A stretch of DNA of 64,000 nucleotides from an uncultured bacterium (lineage in GTDB: Bacteria; Oederibacteriota; JAAXVQ01; JAUVAV01). Both the position numbers and the translations under genes were made by a program. Location: NCBI GenBank assembly GCA_963710755.1, contig CAVQBK010000001.1, positions 304,277 to 368,276 of the forward strand. Direction: 5' to 3'. The notes below the pieces were generated by a model. That model worked only from the letters and a program-made list of their open reading frames with translations, was not told the DNA's origin and ran no database searches. The first letter of the stretch is position 1; each line of letters starts with the position of its first letter. Positions 60,370 to 64,000 of the stretch are shown here, one piece after another.

Positions 60370-62099
60370 TCTTGTAATAGCAATCTTTTTAAGCTTGTAT
60401 GTCTTCCCCTCCGCCGTTATACGTACCAAGTATATCCCTGCTGCCACATCCTCACTCTTCCATTCAATCCTCTGATCTCCTGCACTCCCGAATTGATCGG
60501 CAATCGTCGCCACCAACTCACCCTTGATATTGTAAACTTCCACTTTCACCATGCCAGGTTGATCCAATTGAATCATCAGATTAACTTTGCCCTGGGCAGG
60601 GTTAGGATAGGCGAGGATTTCATCAGTTTTTGTTTTAAAGACATAAGTCGTGGTAGGACTGACGGTCGGTGTAACCGTCACGGTTGGTGAGTGGGTACTG
60701 GTCGGCGTGATAGTGGCCGTTGGGGTCACTGTCGGGCTTGCGGTACTGGTGGGGGTTACCGTGGGTGTAGGTGTGTAAGTCGGCGTTATGGTGTAAGTAG
60801 CACTAATGGTAGGTGTAGGAGATACTGTGCTGGTTTCGGTGATAGTAGGCGTGTTGGTTGGAGTTGGCGGGATGAATTCTTTGCAGTACACCCGCGCCGG
60901 TATGTGCAGAAAAGCATCCTGCTCCCACCAGACGACAAAGGGGTGATTGTTGACTATTTCCATTCTAGGGCGGGTAGCATTGATGGTATCGTCGACATTT
61001 AAAGGCCCGTCAGCCAGTTTCCACCCGCTGCCGTCATTGTATTTCACATAGATCAAAGTGCGGTTAAAGTTGGTTACTTCGGACCAAACGACATATTGAA
61101 TGCCATTGCTGTCGAGCTTGATGCCCCCTGCATATGAATTTCCGTCATTTTTAATATTGAGAGGTTGATCATCCTTTATCCAAGAACTATTATCGTAATA
61201 GCCGGTGAATATGTGATAATAATAATTATTTTCTTTCTCGTTCCAAACTACATAAGGACTATCGTTATAAACAAAAATACTGGGACCGTCAGCTCTTTCA
61301 TTGATGTTAATGTTTAATGGCCCACCTATTTGCTTCCATTCAATTCCATCTAAATATTTAACATAACAAATTCCTTCATTATAAACAAGCGGCCGGACTT
61401 CATCAAAAACTACATATGGAATACCTAAATATATATATATATATTCAGTCTTAGACGCTTTTGCTGGGTCTACATTTAAATCGGAGCCAACTTGCTCCCA
61501 TATGCCGCCATTATATTTTTTAACTTTCAATCTATAATGACCACTTCCTGAGTCTTCATTATAAGCCACATAGGGCACTGAATTGTCCATGGCGATCATC
61601 GGATACCAGCCTTCCGCATCCGGATTATCATTCAAACTCCCGCCAACCGCCTGCCACGCTCCTGTTTCATACTTTTTCACATAGACATTTAAACTGTTAC
61701 CATTACTCTCTGCCCAAGCAACATAGGGTATGCCATTGTAAGCCGCTATTGAAGGGAACGTCACATCATGAGCAGCACTATTATTCAAACTCCCGCCCAA
61801 CTGATACCAATCAATGCCATCGTAATATTTCACATACACCTGCCGGTTGCCCGATGCATTTTCTTCACACCAGGTTACATACAGATAATCAGTGGTGGGG
61901 TCCACCGCGATGTCCGGGTAATAAGCATTCTTGTTGGGATCCACATTGAAAGTCCCACCGGTCTGGAGCCAGACCGCATGGGACAAAGATGTGAATGAAA
62001 GGAAAACCAGGAATAATAAAGAGAAAATACGGATAGGAATGGATAGAAAAGCCGGAAAGGCCCTGATATTGGTGGTGTGGTATAAAAGTTTTGATTCAA
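60367..62099 (-). CDS. Secreted beta-propeller-like repeat protein with Thr/Pro linker and T9SS type-A-like C-terminal domain (likely indel in the signal-peptide region)
   Basis: Repeats W..VGGSLN...PYVAW.E; AYPNP...VYNIKGELV...AGIYLVRI. Hydrophobic in-frame leader upstream of 61986 has no start codon; GAGGGG RBS precedes TTG 62099. Confidence 0.82.
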
Positions 62100-62271
62100 A
62101 ATTATTCCCCTCTATTCGGCCCCAAGAGCCTTATCCCTCTCGTTCCCCCGGCCAGTCACAACGATTCAAAGTATAGCACATTAATTGATGACCCACAAAT
62201 TCCCGGGTAAGTTTTTTTGTAAATATTTTGGGGAGGTAAACCCCATAGTACTTCACTTTCACAACAAATAA

Positions 62272-62315
62272 TCCTCTCTCCCCATATTGTTGGGGAGAGA
62301 TTGAGTGAGGGGTCC
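62272..62315. repeat. Single hairpin of the CCCCTCAC family between the duplicated genes
   Basis: CTCTCCCCATATTGTTGGGGAGAG followed by ATTGAGTGAGGGGTCC. Confidence 0.75.
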
Positions 62316-62344
62316 TAGCCACTATCAGTTTTACACATTTACCT

Positions 62345-62530
62345 AACCACGAATTACACGAATTGCACGAATTAAATGCTTTAACTTAAAATATGCTTTG
62401 AACTTATCTTGAAAATTTGCGCAATTTGCGTATTTTACGGTTAAAACTTCTTTCATTATGTTTTTCATTCACCCTTAAAGTATTCTTTTAAATTCGTGCA
62501 ATTCGTGTAATTCGTGGTTAAAACTTCTTT
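62345..62530. repeat. Second copy of the CACGAATT inverted-repeat element with only one 77-bp unit
   Basis: Near-identical to 59770..59967. Confidence 0.88.
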
Positions 62531-64000
62531 CATCTTGTAATAGCAATCTTTTTAAGCTTGTATGTCTTCCCCTCCGCCGTTATACGTACCAAGTATATCC
62601 CTGCTGCCACATCCTCACTCTTCCATTCAATCCTCTGATCTCCTGCACTCCCGAATTGATCGGCAATCGTCGCCACCAACTCACCCTTGATATTGTAAAC
62701 TTCCACCTTCACCATGCCAGGTTGATCCAATTGAATCATCAGATTAACTTTGCCCTGAGCAGGGTTAGGATAGGCGAGGATTTCATCAGTTTTTGTTTTA
62801 AATACATAAGTCGTGGTAGGACTGACGGTCGGGGTAACCGTCACGGTTGGTGAGTGGGTACTGGTCGGCGTGATGGTGGCCGTCGGGGTCACCGTCGGGC
62901 TTGCGGTACTGGTCGGCGTCACTGTGGGTGTAGGCGTGTAGGTGGGCGTTATGGTGTAGGTGGCACTAATGGTCGGTGTAGGAGATACTGTGCTGGTTTC
63001 GGTGATAGTAGGCGTGTTGGTTGGAGTTGGCGGGATGAATTCTTTGCAGTACACCCTTGCCGGGATGTGCAGAAAAGCATCCTGCTCCCACCAGACGACA
63101 AAGGGGTGATTGTTGACTATTTCCATTCTTGGGTCAGCCTAGCATTGATGGTATCGTCGACATTTAAGGGACCATCGGCCAGTTTCCACCCACTGCCATC
63201 ATTGTATTTCACATAGACTCAAAGTGCGGTTATAGTTGGTTACTTCGGACCAAACGACATATTGAATGCCATTGCTGTCGAGCTTGATGCCCCCTGAATA
63301 GGAATTTCCGTCAGTTTTAATATTGAGAGGTTGATTATCTGTGATCCACGAACCATTATAATAGGCGGTAAAAACTTGATAGTAATATCTATTTTCTGTT
63401 TCACTCCAAAGCACATAAGGAATATTGTTATAAACAAACATACAGGGACCGTCAGCGCTTTCGTTAGTATTAATATTTAATGATCCACCTATTGTTTCCA
63501 GTCATTCCCATCTAAATATTTGACATAAGAAACTCCTTCATTATAAGCAAGGGGACGAACTTCATCAAAAGCTACATATGGAACACCTAAATATATATTT
63601 ATATATTGAACAGAAGAAGCTTTTGCTGGGTCTACATTTAAATCAGAGCCAACTTGCTCCCATATCCCGCCATTATATTTTTTAACTTTCAATCTATAAT
63701 GACCGCTTCCTGAGTCTTCATTATAAGCCACATAGGGCACTGAATTGTCCATGGCGATCATCGGATACCAGCCTTCCGCATCCGGATTATCATTCAAACT
63801 CCCGCCAACCGCCTGCCACGCTCCTGTTTCATACTTTTTCACATAGACATTTAAACTGTTACCATTACTCTCTGCCCAAGCAACATAGGGTATGCCATTG
63901 TAAGCCGCTATTGAAGGGAACGTCACATCATGAGCAGCACTATTATTCAAACTCCCGCCCAACTGATACCAATCAATGCCATCGTAATATTTCACATACA
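62530..64000 (-). CDS. Tandem paralog of 60367..62099 (5' end outside the window), split by three small indels
   Basis: ORFs 63489..63995, 63199..63441 and 62530..63126 align colinearly with the intact copy; one base missing near 63492, one extra near 63218, two extra near 63135. Confidence 0.85.

Noticed and set aside
2751-64000. Alternative genetic code or stop-codon readthrough explaining split ORFs
   Set aside because: The splits involve frame changes rather than in-frame stops, and conserved genes end normally at TGA, TAA and TAG
60367-64000. Diversity-generating retroelement template/variable repeat pair
   Set aside because: Differences are not restricted to adenines, many are synonymous, and no reverse transcriptase is present

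Overview
Bacterial window, almost entirely coded on the minus strand. The T9SS-like CTD proteins, PorV/SprA-like barrels, Thr/Pro linkers and giant modular proteins suggest an uncultured diderm lineage (FCPU426/Elusimicrobia/Omnitrophota-like; inference only). In order, it contains: an ankyrin membrane protein and an SfsA-GIY-YIG fusion; two tandem giant paralogs (about 4,850 aa once frameshifts are repaired, and about 2,180 aa) that share an N-terminal 'DLHCNYEVQ' domain and an LQSA(A) end but carry different cargo (SidJ-like pseudokinase, RelE-like domain and HExxH zincin in one; LMW tyrosine phosphatase and truncated PPDK in the other); korAB; a LysM/SprA-like, NHL, PorV-like secretion operon; an about 3,760-aa secreted protein with an N-terminal permuted papain amidase; repeated pairs of a helical secreted partner plus an N-terminal wall-hydrolase gene, including one deletion-scarred cassette; a catalytically dead clostripain-like protein; a complete IS66 without target duplication that truncates both neighbours; and a tandemly duplicated beta-propeller/T9SS-CTD gene. 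Intergenic spaces are filled with a REP-like hairpin family (CCCCTCACC..CTCTCCCC-loop-GGGGAGAGG) fused to two DUF559 nuclease genes and expanded into 97-bp and 132-bp arrays; an unrelated 77-bp array is also present. Many single-base indels, often in homopolymers, look like long-read consensus errors. No rRNA, tRNA or CRISPR array was seen.
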